Assembly: GCA_029237775.1 (NCBI GenBank)
Contig: JAQZBR010000006.1
Coordinates: 194,159-258,158 of the forward strand
Source: Bacteroidota bacterium
Lineage (GTDB): Bacteria > Bacteroidota > Bacteroidia > 2-12-FULL-35-15
Direction: 5' to 3'
Length of the DNA stretch: 64,000 nt
The notes below the pieces were generated by a model, which was not told the DNA's origin, searched no databases, and saw only the letters and a list, made by a program, of their open reading frames with translations. The position numbers and the translations under genes are program-made. This document shows positions 37,429 to 46,813 of the stretch, piece after piece; the stretch's first letter is position 1, and every line of letters begins with the position of its first letter.

Positions 37429-37707
37429 ATGAGCAAGGAAAAGATATTATTTGGTGTATTGGCGGGAGCCGCTGCAGGAATGTTATTGGGGGTGCTGTTT
37501 GCGCCTGACAAAGGTTCAGAAACCAGAAAGAAGATCACGAAAAAAGGCCTGGATACGGCAGAAGATATTAAAGAAAAGATCGAAGATCTGCTTGAGAGCT
37601 TTTCAGAAACGTTAGAAACAGTGAAGCAGGATGCCTCGGCTCTCTATTCCGAAAAGAAAAGCTCCGCAGAAGATATTAATAGCAATCTAAACAAATCCGT
37701 CAACTAA
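37429..37707 (+). CDS. YtxH domain protein
   Basis: GVLAGAAAGMLLGVLFAPDKGSETRKKI signature; start at ATG 37429. Confidence 0.9.
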   Translation: MSKEKILFGVLAGAAAGMLLGVLFAPDKGSETRKKITKKGLDTAEDIKEKIEDLLESFSETLETVKQDASALYSEKKSSAEDINSNLNKSVN

Positions 37708-38066
37708 TGCAGGATCAAAAGAATCAAATAGAGATCCTTGCTGAAAATGCTGAAATGTATGCGAAGACAAGCATCGATCTTCTAAAGCTGCAGGCTGTTG
37801 AAAAGACAGCTCTGGTAGGTTCTGCGGCTGTATCCCGCGGAGTCGTTATATTGATGATTTCCATGTTTATAATAATTGTAAACATTGCAGTCGGACTTTG
37901 GCTTGGCGACATTCTTGGAAAACTATACTATGGTTTCTTTTGTGTTGCAGGGTTTTATGGGCTTTTTGCATTTGTCATCTATTTCTTCTTCCATAACAGG
38001 ATCAAGGAGCGGGTGAGCAATTCTATTATTTCACAATTGCTTAACTGGTTTCCATGCATAAAATAA
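37707..38066 (+). CDS. Phage holin family (YqjE-like) membrane protein
   Basis: Y.KTSIDLLKLQAVEK followed by two TM helices (GLWLGDILG..YYGFFCVAGFY); translationally coupled to YtxH. Confidence 0.75.
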   Translation: MQDQKNQIEILAENAEMYAKTSIDLLKLQAVEKTALVGSAAVSRGVVILMISMFIIIVNIAVGLWLGDILGKLYYGFFCVAGFYGLFAFVIYFFFHNRIKERVSNSIISQLLNWFPCIK

Positions 38067-38455
38067 ATACGACAATTGAATTGAAAAGTGCGATTGAAGT
38101 TCTTAGAATTCAGCAGAAAGAACGCGGATTGGAATTGAAAGTTCAGTTGAAAACTACTTTTGATAGCCTCAAGCCGGCCAACCTTATTAAAAGCACCATT
38201 ACGGATCTTGTTTCAGATTCGGAAATCAAAGGAAATTTTCTTGGTAAAGCATTGGGCTTTAGTGCAGGTTTCTTTTCAAAGAAATTATTAGTTGGTGCAA
38301 GTATGAATCCAGTTGTGAGTATTCTTGGTACTGTGTTACAAATGGGCATTAGCAGATTTGTAGCAAATAACGGTGAAAAAATAAAGGAAAAAGGGTTAAG
38401 CTTTATAAAAAATCTTCTAAGTAAAAAAAATCCAAAAGGCCAAAATGAAATCTGA
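38054..38455 (+). CDS. Hypothetical protein of the YtxH/holin operon
   Basis: Coiled-coil N-terminus, SLKPANLIK, G..AGF.SKKLLVG.S.NP; overlapping stop/start junctions. Confidence 0.7.
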   Translation: MHKINTTIELKSAIEVLRIQQKERGLELKVQLKTTFDSLKPANLIKSTITDLVSDSEIKGNFLGKALGFSAGFFSKKLLVGASMNPVVSILGTVLQMGISRFVANNGEKIKEKGLSFIKNLLSKKNPKGQNEI

Positions 38456-39539
38456 TCTTAAATTTCCTTTCTATGCAAAGGCTTCTCTTGTATTTATAGG
38501 GCTCTTTTCATTTATCAGTATGTTATACATTGCACGGTCAATTATTGTCCCGGTGATTTATTCGGTTATCATTGCAATTGTCCTGACGCCTGTGGTAGAT
38601 TTTTTTGTCAAAAGAAAACTTAACCGGGTACTTGCTATCGGAATGACTCTGGCCCTTCTGATCATATTTACTATTGCCGCCATTGTATTATTATCATCAC
38701 AAATGATGGTGTTCAGTGATACTTTTCCAGACCTGGTCAGGAAGTTTCACGAACTGACAGCGCAAAGTATCGCATGGGTGTCTGAAAATTTTAATATCAG
38801 TACACGGAAGATAAATACATGGCTGGCAGAAAAGAATAAGTCAGCTATGACCGGGGCCGGTGCAGCACTTAATCAAACATTGATTAATACAGGAGGTGTG
38901 CTCATCATTTTGGTATTGATTCCGGTTTACACATTTATGATACTTTTTTATCAGCCATTGCTTATAGCGTTTATTCACAAGCTTTTTAAGGCTGTTCATA
39001 AGGATGAAGTTAATGCAGTGCTTGCTGCAACTAAAAAAATCATCCGGAGTTATCTCATTGGATTGCTGATCGAAGCGGCTATTATAGCAATACTCAATTG
39101 CAGCGCCTTGCTGATACTAGGAATAGATTATGCGATCTTACTTGGTGTTATCGGTGCTATGGTGAATGTTATTCCTTATATAGGCGGATTTATTGCTGTA
39201 GCATTACCAATGATCATAGCTTTAACAACAAAATCTCCTGCTGCAGCACTCTCGGTTTTTGGCGTTTATGTAATAATTCAGTTCATCGATAATCATTACA
39301 TTATTCCTAAAGTGGTTGCATCAAAAGTGCAGATCAATGCTCTTATGTCGATAGTTGTAGTGCTATGCGGTGGCGCTCTTTGGGGAGTGCCGGGGATGTT
39401 CCTTTCAATTCCGCTGATTGCTATTCTCAAGGTAATCTTCGATCATATTGAACCTTTGAAGCCCTGGGGATATCTCCTGGGTGATAGTATGCCGCCATTA
39501 TTGGGGAAGTACTCGCCTTTTAAAAAAGTAACCAATTAA
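38445..39539 (+). CDS. AI-2E family transporter (PerM/TqsA)
   Basis: Multi-TM; NVIPYIGG, QFIDNHYIIPKVV, GGALWGVPGMFLSIP. Confidence 0.9.
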   Translation: MKSDLKFPFYAKASLVFIGLFSFISMLYIARSIIVPVIYSVIIAIVLTPVVDFFVKRKLNRVLAIGMTLALLIIFTIAAIVLLSSQMMVFSDTFPDLVRKFHELTAQSIAWVSENFNISTRKINTWLAEKNKSAMTGAGAALNQTLINTGGVLIILVLIPVYTFMILFYQPLLIAFIHKLFKAVHKDEVNAVLAATKKIIRSYLIGLLIEAAIIAILNCSALLILGIDYAILLGVIGAMVNVIPYIGGFIAVALPMIIALTTKSPAAALSVFGVYVIIQFIDNHYIIPKVVASKVQINALMSIVVVLCGGALWGVPGMFLSIPLIAILKVIFDHIEPLKPWGYLLGDSMPPLLGKYSPFKKVTN

Positions 39540-39552
39540 ATAAACTATAAAA

Positions 39553-39789
39553 ATGAAAAAAGTAGCAATTATCCTGTTTGCAGCATTAACATGCGGATTT
39601 ATGTCTTGCAGGAAAGACCGTGTATGTACCTGTACATATAATAAAGTCGGTTCTTCCAGCATTGAAACACAAATAACCACTTACGATAAAGTGACGAAGA
39701 AGTCTGCCTTGGCAACATGTTCTTCCGGGACAAGTTATAATCAGTCTGATCCTTCGAATACGGAGACGCGTACCTGCACTTTAAAATAA
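39553..39789 (+). CDS. Small Cys-rich lipoprotein
   Basis: Lipobox FMS-C, RKDRVCTC...C...CTLK. Confidence 0.75.
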   Translation: MKKVAIILFAALTCGFMSCRKDRVCTCTYNKVGSSSIETQITTYDKVTKKSALATCSSGTSYNQSDPSNTETRTCTLK

Positions 39790-39810
39790 TCCTGTGAAAA
39801 TTTAGAGAGA

Positions 39811-39843
39811 AACACCACGAAATTTCGTGGTGTTCTTTTTTTT
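39811..39843 (+). terminator. Rho-independent terminator closing the island
   Basis: AACACCACGAAATTTCGTGGTGTT palindrome followed by a T-run. Confidence 0.8.
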
Positions 39844-39935
39844 ACAATGTCCCTCAGGCTTCAGTGTGCGATTTTGCAGTATTGATACCTGTTTACCGCT
39901 AAAATCTTATATTTGATAAAGCATAGCTGCATCTA

Positions 39936-40499
39936 ATGTCATTCTTTTCTTATCTATCCTCGCTGATCCATGTTTCAGACTCGCTAAAGGCGGAGCTCCT
40001 TTCTATTACGGAGGAGTTGAATGTTGGTCGCAACGAACCAATCGTTGAGATCAATAATCGTTGCAACGATCTTTTTTTTATTGAGAAAGGTTTAGTCAGG
40101 GGCTTTTATTATGAAGGCGGTAAGGAGATCACAAATTGGTTTGCGCAGGAAGGTGAATTCGCAACCTGCTTTTATTCGTTTATTGCAATCAAACCTGCAT
40201 TTGAGACTATTGAAGCACTTGAAGATTCTATCCTGATAAGGATTCCTCATGCCGGCCTTGAGAAATTGTATCTGAAATTTCCTGAAACTGAACGTGTCGG
40301 AAGAATTATTACGGAAGCATACTACATTAAGCTGGAAGAGCGTTTGTTGAGCTTACAGTTTAAAAACGCCAAAGAAAGATATCAGAATTTTGTTTTATCA
40401 AAGCCATCGTTGTTGCAGCGGGCTTCGCTCGGACAAATAGCATCCTACCTTGGGATTACTCAGGAAACCCTGAGTCGGATCAGAGCAGGCTCTCACTAG
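39936..40499 (+). CDS. Crp/Fnr family transcriptional regulator
   Basis: cNMP-binding fold (FIEKGLVRGFY...EALEDS) and HTH QIASYLGITQETLSRIR. Confidence 0.9.
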   Translation: MSFFSYLSSLIHVSDSLKAELLSITEELNVGRNEPIVEINNRCNDLFFIEKGLVRGFYYEGGKEITNWFAQEGEFATCFYSFIAIKPAFETIEALEDSILIRIPHAGLEKLYLKFPETERVGRIITEAYYIKLEERLLSLQFKNAKERYQNFVLSKPSLLQRASLGQIASYLGITQETLSRIRAGSH

Positions 40500-40507
40500 T
40501 ACCGATT

Positions 40508-40551
40508 TTGATATTTGTCAAAAATATCTTCACAGCGCTAATTTAATTTTG
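40508..40551 (+). promoter_or_regulatory. FNR-like box plus -7 element upstream of yiaA
   Basis: TTGATatttGTCAA at 40508-40521, 22-bp gap, TAATTTTG at 40544-40551. Confidence 0.7.
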
Positions 40552-40576
40552 TGTTATAATATTAAAACTCAAAATT

Positions 40577-40996
40577 ATGAAAAGACCATCAAATGCATTT
40601 ATTGCGGCCTCATGGGTTGCACTATTCACCGGTGCCATCGCCTTTAATGTTGGTTTGTGGAATGCCGATATGGAGTTAAATGAAAAAGGTTACTATTTTA
40701 CAGTACTCATGTTTGGCTTGTTTTCCGCGGTCTCCTTGCAAAAAGCGGTGAGGGATCAAATGGAAGGTATTCCTGTTACCGGACTTTATTATGGGATCAG
40801 CTGGTTCGCCACTATTTTAAGTATTCTTTTGCTTGTGATTGGACTATGGAATGCCGATCTGATGAGAAGTGAAAAAGGTTTTTACGGAATGTCTTTTATT
40901 CTCGCTTTGTTTTCTGCGGTTGCTGTTCAAAAAAACATCCGTGATTGCATGGCTGCGGAAAATTCTTCCTTGAAATCAACAGACAACCAGGCCTGA
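40577..40996 (+). CDS. yiaA: Inner membrane protein YiaA (two YiaAB repeats)
   Basis: [15 protein letters not shown]...SLQKAVRD and [15 protein letters not shown]...VQKNIRD. Confidence 0.88.
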   Translation: MKRPSNAFIAASWVALFTGAIAFNVGLWNADMELNEKGYYFTVLMFGLFSAVSLQKAVRDQMEGIPVTGLYYGISWFATILSILLLVIGLWNADLMRSEKGFYGMSFILALFSAVAVQKNIRDCMAAENSSLKSTDNQA

Positions 40997-41011
40997 TTAA
41001 AACAATCTTAG

Positions 41012-41047
41012 AATTCCGGGCAGATTATTTCTGCCCGGAATTTTTAT
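41012..41047. terminator. Terminator hairpin between convergent genes (overlaps the 3' end of the ceramidase ORF)
   Basis: AATTCCGGGCAGA-ttatt-TCTGCCCGGAATT followed by TTT. Confidence 0.7.
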
Positions 41048-41810
41048 TCAGTGACTTAGCGATTCCAATAAGAAAAGTGAGTGGCGCTGCGGCAGCTAAT
41101 AAATGTTTCAACGTGTGGCCGCTTATAAATGACAGGGAGTCGAAAATGCTGTGATCCAGTCTTTCTGAAATCTTTGAGGCAGCATAGAGCAAAAGCATTA
41201 TCCAGAGATGGGTTTTTGTAAGCCTGTTTGCTTTAAATACAGATAACATTACTGGTATAATTATCATAGGCAAGAATTGGACTATAATGTATAAGCGGAG
41301 GTCTCCCTGCCCGTTATATTCGGTGTAACACCAATATAGAACCGATAGAATCCCAATGGACAGTAAAGTGATAAGAAGAGATGCTTTTTTACTGAATTCC
41401 GTATACTCTATTATTATAATTGAGAAAAAGGACATAAAAGAGATTGTCATAGGGAGCCTGTCCCAAACTAGAGTTGAATTGTCAGGAGTTGTATGATAAT
41501 ATGCAGAGCCTATTCCGGTCAATGTGATACCTATAAAAAAAACAAAATAATTGGGTGTCTGTGACTTGATTAATGGATGCTGCCTCTTTAATAACACATA
41601 CAATATTCCTGTTATTCCAATCAATAAGAATGGCAGATTACTCACCACATTCCTGAAATTGGGTAAATTATAAAGTGTGGCTGAATCAGCGAAATGATGA
41701 TATGTCTGGTCTTGCGGAATCCGAGGCAATAAACAAAAAAGTATTGATGCTAAGAGAAGCAACAGAATCAGGAGTTGCGATGTTTCCGGTTTACTTTTTT
41801 TTGTTTTCAT
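41025..41810 (-). CDS. Ceramidase/CREST-superfamily membrane hydrolase
   Basis: IPQD..YH.FAD, NVVSNLPF, GSAYYH, WDRLPM, GDLR.Y..VQ, SGHTLKH; start moved to ATG 41810. Confidence 0.8.
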   Translation of the reverse strand: MKTKKSKPETSQLLILLLLLASILFCLLPRIPQDQTYHHFADSATLYNLPNFRNVVSNLPFLLIGITGILYVLLKRQHPLIKSQTPNYFVFFIGITLTGIGSAYYHTTPDNSTLVWDRLPMTISFMSFFSIIIIEYTEFSKKASLLITLLSIGILSVLYWCYTEYNGQGDLRLYIIVQFLPMIIIPVMLSVFKANRLTKTHLWIMLLLYAASKISERLDHSIFDSLSFISGHTLKHLLAAAAPLTFLIGIAKSLNKNSGQK

Positions 41811-41915
41811 AAGGTTGTTTTTTTGACAAATTTCTGTAACACAATCTTCAATCCTTTTGATAAAAATCAAAAACGGGCGTTGTAAACCGCAATAAGAATT
41901 AGGTATATTTAGATC

Positions 41916-43451
41916 ATGATAAAGAAATCGTGTGCCTTGCTTTTTTTCGCAATTATTTTGTTGTCGGCCTGTTCAGGTTCAAAAGAAAAGCAGCCAGCAA
42001 CTATGGATTTTTGTTCTTTGATCCATTTTGATAAGCCGGTCGGATTATCTTCTAAGCTCGACCCGCTGAGATCTTTGATGAGCGCCAAGACAGGGGTGTT
42101 CCCTCTTGAGCATGGTGATGGCTCAATGATTTCAAGAGCGTGGCTTTGTGAGAATGCAGAAAGGACGATAGATGTACAGTATTTCATTTTCACAGCAGAT
42201 AATGTCGGCCTGATCGCGGTGGACTATTTGGTGCGGGCTGCGGACCGGGGAGTAAAGGTTCGCATTCTCGTTGACGATATAATGGTGGATTCGGATGAAG
42301 AAAAATTGTTAACGCTGGATGCACATAAAAATATTTCAATTAAAATATATAATCCGGGAACCAATGTCGGAAAGAACATCGCGGATAAGATCATTAATTT
42401 AAAATATGATTTCAGAGGCTCTAACCAACGGATGCATAATAAAACATTCACGGTTGATGGCGATGTGGTAATTACAGGCGGAAGAAATATAGCTGATGAA
42501 TATTTCGATTATGATCATGAATATAATTTTCGAGACAGGGATGTTCTTCTTATAGGAGGATGTGTTAAAGATATTCAGGCATCCTTCGCACAATTCTGGA
42601 ACAGCCCTTTGAGCAGAGAGGTGACCTTGCTGACGGATAAGTCAGATTATAAAATTGATGTGGCGTCTAAATTCGAGCAGTTACATCAATATGCTTGTGA
42701 TTCTAATAATTTCTGGCCTCAGGTTAGAGAAAATATTAAACAGATTCCTTTCGTTTTCGACAAAATCATTAAGAGTGGCGAGTTGCAATGGCTCGACAGT
42801 GTCGTATTTGTTAGTGATGTTCCCGGAAAAAATAATGGAAAGGAAGGCCTCGGAGGAGGGGGAAATACTACCACTGCGCTAATAGAGCTTGTGAAAAATG
42901 CAAAGAAGTCAATCGTAATTCAGTCGCCATATCTTATCACGACCAAAATCGGGAAAAATTTATTTCGCGATGCTGTTAATAGAGGTGTTAAAGTAACTAT
43001 AATGACAAATAGCCTTTCTTCAACAGATAACCTTGAGGCTTTCAGCGGATATCAGCGGGACAGGGATGAGTTGCTTCAAACAGGTGTCAGGATTTTTGAA
43101 TACAGGCCGGATGCTTCGATTCGGAAAAATATAATGACGGGCGGTCTGCAGAAGAAACTTGACTACACCCCGGTTTTTGGCTTGCATGCAAAAGGAATGG
43201 TAATCGATTCTTCTATCACTGTGATCGGAACATTTAACCTTGATCCAAGAAGCGCGAACCTTAATACAGAGTGCATCACAATAATTCATTCTGCAATAAT
43301 AAGTAGAGGGGTAATGCAAGGAATAGAGGAAGAGCTCAAGCCTGAAAACAGCTGGGAAACAACATTGAAATTTAATCCTGATGATTATGCCGGATATAAG
43401 AAAAACATGAAGGTGATGACGAGAAGGATAGTTCCGAAAGATATTCTATAA
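41916..43451 (+). CDS. Phospholipase D family lipoprotein (cardiolipin synthase ClsC-like)
   Basis: Lipobox LSA-C; two HKD motifs RMHNKTFTVDG and GLHAKGMVIDS; FNLDPRSANLNTE. Confidence 0.9.
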   Translation: MIKKSCALLFFAIILLSACSGSKEKQPATMDFCSLIHFDKPVGLSSKLDPLRSLMSAKTGVFPLEHGDGSMISRAWLCENAERTIDVQYFIFTADNVGLIAVDYLVRAADRGVKVRILVDDIMVDSDEEKLLTLDAHKNISIKIYNPGTNVGKNIADKIINLKYDFRGSNQRMHNKTFTVDGDVVITGGRNIADEYFDYDHEYNFRDRDVLLIGGCVKDIQASFAQFWNSPLSREVTLLTDKSDYKIDVASKFEQLHQYACDSNNFWPQVRENIKQIPFVFDKIIKSGELQWLDSVVFVSDVPGKNNGKEGLGGGGNTTTALIELVKNAKKSIVIQSPYLITTKIGKNLFRDAVNRGVKVTIMTNSLSSTDNLEAFSGYQRDRDELLQTGVRIFEYRPDASIRKNIMTGGLQKKLDYTPVFGLHAKGMVIDSSITVIGTFNLDPRSANLNTECITIIHSAIISRGVMQGIEEELKPENSWETTLKFNPDDYAGYKKNMKVMTRRIVPKDIL

Positions 43452-43452
43452 C

Positions 43453-44151
43453 CTAAGCGGGCACATTAAAGATAAAGCCGACACCAAAAACATTTCCAAT
43501 CGAAAGGTCTGCATCTTCCTTCAGGTATTTTCTGATCTTGGTTATGAAGACATCGAGGCTTCTTCCTGCGAAGTAATCATTCTCTCCCCACAGTTCTTTT
43601 AACATGTCTTCTCGTTTTATTAAAATATTCCGGTGGTCACAAAGATACTTCAGGATGCCGGCTTCCTTTTCAGTAATTCTCCTGGCTTTATGATTCAGTA
43701 CTAACAACTGCTGATCGAAGTCGAAGATGAATTTTCCAATTGAAATGATCTCTTGCTTACTTTCTATCTTTTGTTCCGGGATTCTACGTATGATCGCCTT
43801 TATTTTCCAGAGCAGCTCTTCTTCGTCAAACGGTTTGGTAATGTAATCATCTGCACCAAGGTCGTACCCTTTTAATTTATCCGGCTTTAAGGAACGTGCA
43901 GTAATAAATATTATGGGTATCTTTTTATTTGTTGCCCTTATCTCCCTGGCTAGTGAGAACCCATCCAACTTCGGCATCATAACATCCAGCAAACATAATT
44001 CAAATGGTTGTGATTGAAAGATCTTCAAAGCAATTTCTCCGTCTTTACAAAGTTTGACTGCAAAGCCTTCAGTCTCGAGATAATCAACTAAAAGTACACC
44101 CAGGTTAAGGTCATCTTCAGCCAGTAATATGCCGGGTTTGGGTTTAATCAT
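43453..44151 (-). CDS. OmpR-family response regulator (RprY-like)
   Basis: ILLAEDD, LDVMMPKLDG, GADDYITKPF, winged helix RSLDVFITKIRKYL...GVGF. Confidence 0.92.
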   Translation of the reverse strand: MIKPKPGILLAEDDLNLGVLLVDYLETEGFAVKLCKDGEIALKIFQSQPFELCLLDVMMPKLDGFSLAREIRATNKKIPIIFITARSLKPDKLKGYDLGADDYITKPFDEEELLWKIKAIIRRIPEQKIESKQEIISIGKFIFDFDQQLLVLNHKARRITEKEAGILKYLCDHRNILIKREDMLKELWGENDYFAGRSLDVFITKIRKYLKEDADLSIGNVFGVGFIFNVPA

Positions 44152-45388
44152 TTGGTAAGGTTATTATCACTTTGGTTCCTTTGTCTTTCTCACTATCAAT
44201 TTCTACAGAACCTTTATGGAGGTCGATAATTTTTTTGATATAGGACAGTCCTAGTCCGAATCCTTTCACATTGTGTATGTCACCGGTTGGAATTCTGAAA
44301 AACATGTCGAACACTTTCGAATGATATTCTTTTTCAATACCAATTCCTTTGTCTGCAATTTCCAATACCAGCTTGTTCTGATGATTGTATGTCCTGATCA
44401 ATAGTTCCGGTTTTTCCGTTGAGTACTTTATTGAATTGTCAAGAAGATTACACAGTGTATTTGTTAAATGCATTTTATCACCGGTGACTATAGAATTCTG
44501 AGCATTAAGTTCCTGATTCAAAACTCCTGATCTGTTCTCAATTTGAACGCTCATAGATTTTGCGACATTCTCAATCAGTTCATGGATATTCAACTCTGTC
44601 ATTTGCAATGGGATTTCGCCTCTCTCCAGTGCAGTCATGCTTAATACCTGTTCAACCTGAAGCTTTAATTTTTCATTCTCAGCGAGAATAATGCCTGAGT
44701 AATGCTTGATTTTATCTTCGTTGTTACGGTTCGCGTCTCTGGTTATCATCTTTCCGGCAAGAGCAATGTTTGTCAGAGGTGTTTTGAATTCATGCGTCAT
44801 GTTATTAAGGAAGTCGGTAGTGTGTTCTGAAAGTTTCTTCTCGGCAATCAGTGACTTGGTGGTTCGCCAGAACATAAATAATACCAGGAATGTCAGAATT
44901 ACAGAAGTGACAAAGAGAGGTCCCATTTCAGCCATAATGAATTGTTTCTTATCGGGGAAATTCAATTTCAGTTGCCATTTATTTGTTTTGTTGATCTCAT
45001 CAAAGCTTGCAGAGTAGCATCCGGGTTGTGAAGTATAAAACTCGCTTGAAGAAATAGTATCATTTACCACGGTCCGAAAGGCGGGCTTAAAGATTTTAAA
45101 AGTGTAAGCAATGTGAAAATCATAGAAATTCATGTAATGCTTAAACAGGGAATCAATTCTTGTTGTGTCGCTTCGGCTTATTCCTGATTCCATACTCCTG
45201 CATATTTCCTGATCCGCAAGAAGGGCTTCGGTTGTTCTTGCAAGAACGATATTCGCCTTTTCGTTGAATAGCTCTTCTTTATCCTTAGCACTATCCAGAA
45301 TCCAGTTCACCTGGATCAGAAGTACTATAAGCAAGGCTAGTGATGAAAGAAGGATAAAGGAATTATTGCGATCGGGTTTCATTGTCAC
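44144..45388 (-). CDS. Membrane sensor histidine kinase (RprX-like)
   Basis: Two TMs; DFLNNMTHEFKTPL, NLLDNSIKYS, DKGIGI, KGFGLGL. Confidence 0.92.
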   Translation of the reverse strand: MTMKPDRNNSFILLSSLALLIVLLIQVNWILDSAKDKEELFNEKANIVLARTTEALLADQEICRSMESGISRSDTTRIDSLFKHYMNFYDFHIAYTFKIFKPAFRTVVNDTISSSEFYTSQPGCYSASFDEINKTNKWQLKLNFPDKKQFIMAEMGPLFVTSVILTFLVLFMFWRTTKSLIAEKKLSEHTTDFLNNMTHEFKTPLTNIALAGKMITRDANRNNEDKIKHYSGIILAENEKLKLQVEQVLSMTALERGEIPLQMTELNIHELIENVAKSMSVQIENRSGVLNQELNAQNSIVTGDKMHLTNTLCNLLDNSIKYSTEKPELLIRTYNHQNKLVLEIADKGIGIEKEYHSKVFDMFFRIPTGDIHNVKGFGLGLSYIKKIIDLHKGSVEIDSEKDKGTKVIITLPND

Positions 45389-45425
45389 AGTAAAATTAAG
45401 AATTTATATGCGCAAAAGATCTGCG

Positions 45426-45493
45426 TTAACAAGTCATTAACAAGACGATAACTACTCAATAACAGATATTCCATATTTATAGTTTTAAATTTG
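45426..45493 (+). promoter_or_regulatory. Four 11-bp-period direct repeats (OmpR-type box) plus -7 element
   Basis: TTAACAAG 45426, TTAACAAG 45437, ATAACTAC 45448, ATAACAGA 45459; TAAATTTG at 45486-45493. Confidence 0.65.
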
Positions 45494-45523
45494 GATCAAT
45501 ATTAAATCTTAAAAAAGTGCAAA

Positions 45524-45946
45524 ATGGATGTGGTAAAAATTTGTTTGGCGACTGCTGTTTTAACTGTAGCAGGTGCATGTACCTCAACTAAAAAAAGTGC
45601 TTCATCTTCTGAAGTGAAAACAACCACTTCAACAGAAACTGTAACGTCCGATAATTCATACCTTTTTAATAAACCTACCGGAATAAAAGTTCCGGGTAAT
45701 GAGGACCTGTCAGCTATACAGCTACGTTATCCGGATGTGACATTACAAAAGCTAAGCGAGGGTCATGTCATATATTCCCAGGGAGCATGTGTAAGCTGTC
45801 ACGCTGCACAAAGTATTTACAATTATGGTGAAGAACAATGGAAAAAGATCATTGATGATATGTCGTTCAGGGCGAATATTAGCGATGAACAAAAGGATGC
45901 GGTCTATAAATATGTTATGGCGATGAAAGCCACGCAACCTAAATGA
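45524..45946 (+). CDS. Monoheme c-type cytochrome lipoprotein
   Basis: Lipobox AGA-C; CVSCH heme-binding motif; downstream W..I...M as a possible axial Met. Confidence 0.75.
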   Translation: MDVVKICLATAVLTVAGACTSTKKSASSSEVKTTTSTETVTSDNSYLFNKPTGIKVPGNEDLSAIQLRYPDVTLQKLSEGHVIYSQGACVSCHAAQSIYNYGEEQWKKIIDDMSFRANISDEQKDAVYKYVMAMKATQPK

Positions 45947-45986
45947 TCTGAAGAGTTTTTTTAAATATATAAAATCAGGAAATGAT

Positions 45987-46808
45987 ATGGGAAAGTACTT
46001 AATGATATTCTTTTTAGTATCTGGCTTACAGGGCTTCGGGCAGAATTCCAGATATCAATACACACCCAGATTTATTCCGGAAATCAAATCAGATAAGGTA
46101 AAGGAGGCAAGATTTCTTAATCAGATCATGCCTGAGTTTACGACACGCTTTGCGCTTCCTTACAATGAACATGAACAGTTCCGGGAATTAACATCTTTAT
46201 TCATAGCTCCCACAACGTATTATAATTATCCTCAGGGAAATTATTTACATATCCGCGAGAATTATGAAACCATTATTGAATATGTTGCAATAGAAATTGT
46301 CTGTCGGAATAATGGTAAGGAGGTGAGGGCAAAAAGTACCGATGATATCCTTACTACGGAACAGAAGAAGATCTTGAATTCTGCTGATTTAGGTGCTGAT
46401 ATCCTGATCAAAATAAAATTCAGATATAAAGGCTGGGTGAACGCAAAATATAAATCGGGAGAAGATATCAAAGAAGGATCTTATTCTGTTGTTATGGTAC
46501 CTGAAACAGAGGCTGAGTATCCCGGAGGGATAGATAAGCTATCATCTTTTTTAGGGCAAAACATATTTAATAAATTATCCTCTGGCAAACAAATATCAAA
46601 CTTCCTGAGGGCGTCCGTTAAATTCAATGTGAATGAAAATGGAGTTGTTGAAAATGTCAGGATCGAACAATCATCCACTGATAAAGCGATTGATAATTTA
46701 ATAAGAGACGCGATTAATAAGATGCCTGTCTGGAAAGCAGCGAAGGACTCCCAGGGTATAAAGGTTAATCAGGAATTTACTTTGAGTTTTAATGGAGGAG
46801 GTTGTTAG
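45987..46808 (+). CDS. Exported protein with C-terminal TonB domain
   Basis: EAEYPGG...V.F.VNENG.V...D....AINKMP.WK.A...G..V...F.L. Confidence 0.75.
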   Translation: MGKYLMIFFLVSGLQGFGQNSRYQYTPRFIPEIKSDKVKEARFLNQIMPEFTTRFALPYNEHEQFRELTSLFIAPTTYYNYPQGNYLHIRENYETIIEYVAIEIVCRNNGKEVRAKSTDDILTTEQKKILNSADLGADILIKIKFRYKGWVNAKYKSGEDIKEGSYSVVMVPETEAEYPGGIDKLSSFLGQNIFNKLSSGKQISNFLRASVKFNVNENGVVENVRIEQSSTDKAIDNLIRDAINKMPVWKAAKDSQGIKVNQEFTLSFNGGGC

Positions 46809-46813
46809 ACCGG

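Noticed and set aside
37707..38066. Holin-family gene as evidence of a prophage
   Set aside because: No other phage genes are present, and this family commonly sits in YtxH-type chromosomal operons.
41805..41911. TTTCTGTAAC and GTTGTAAA half-site look-alikes upstream of the PLD gene
   Set aside because: They lack the GTGAAT half-site, and the spacing to a partner and to a -7 box does not fit.
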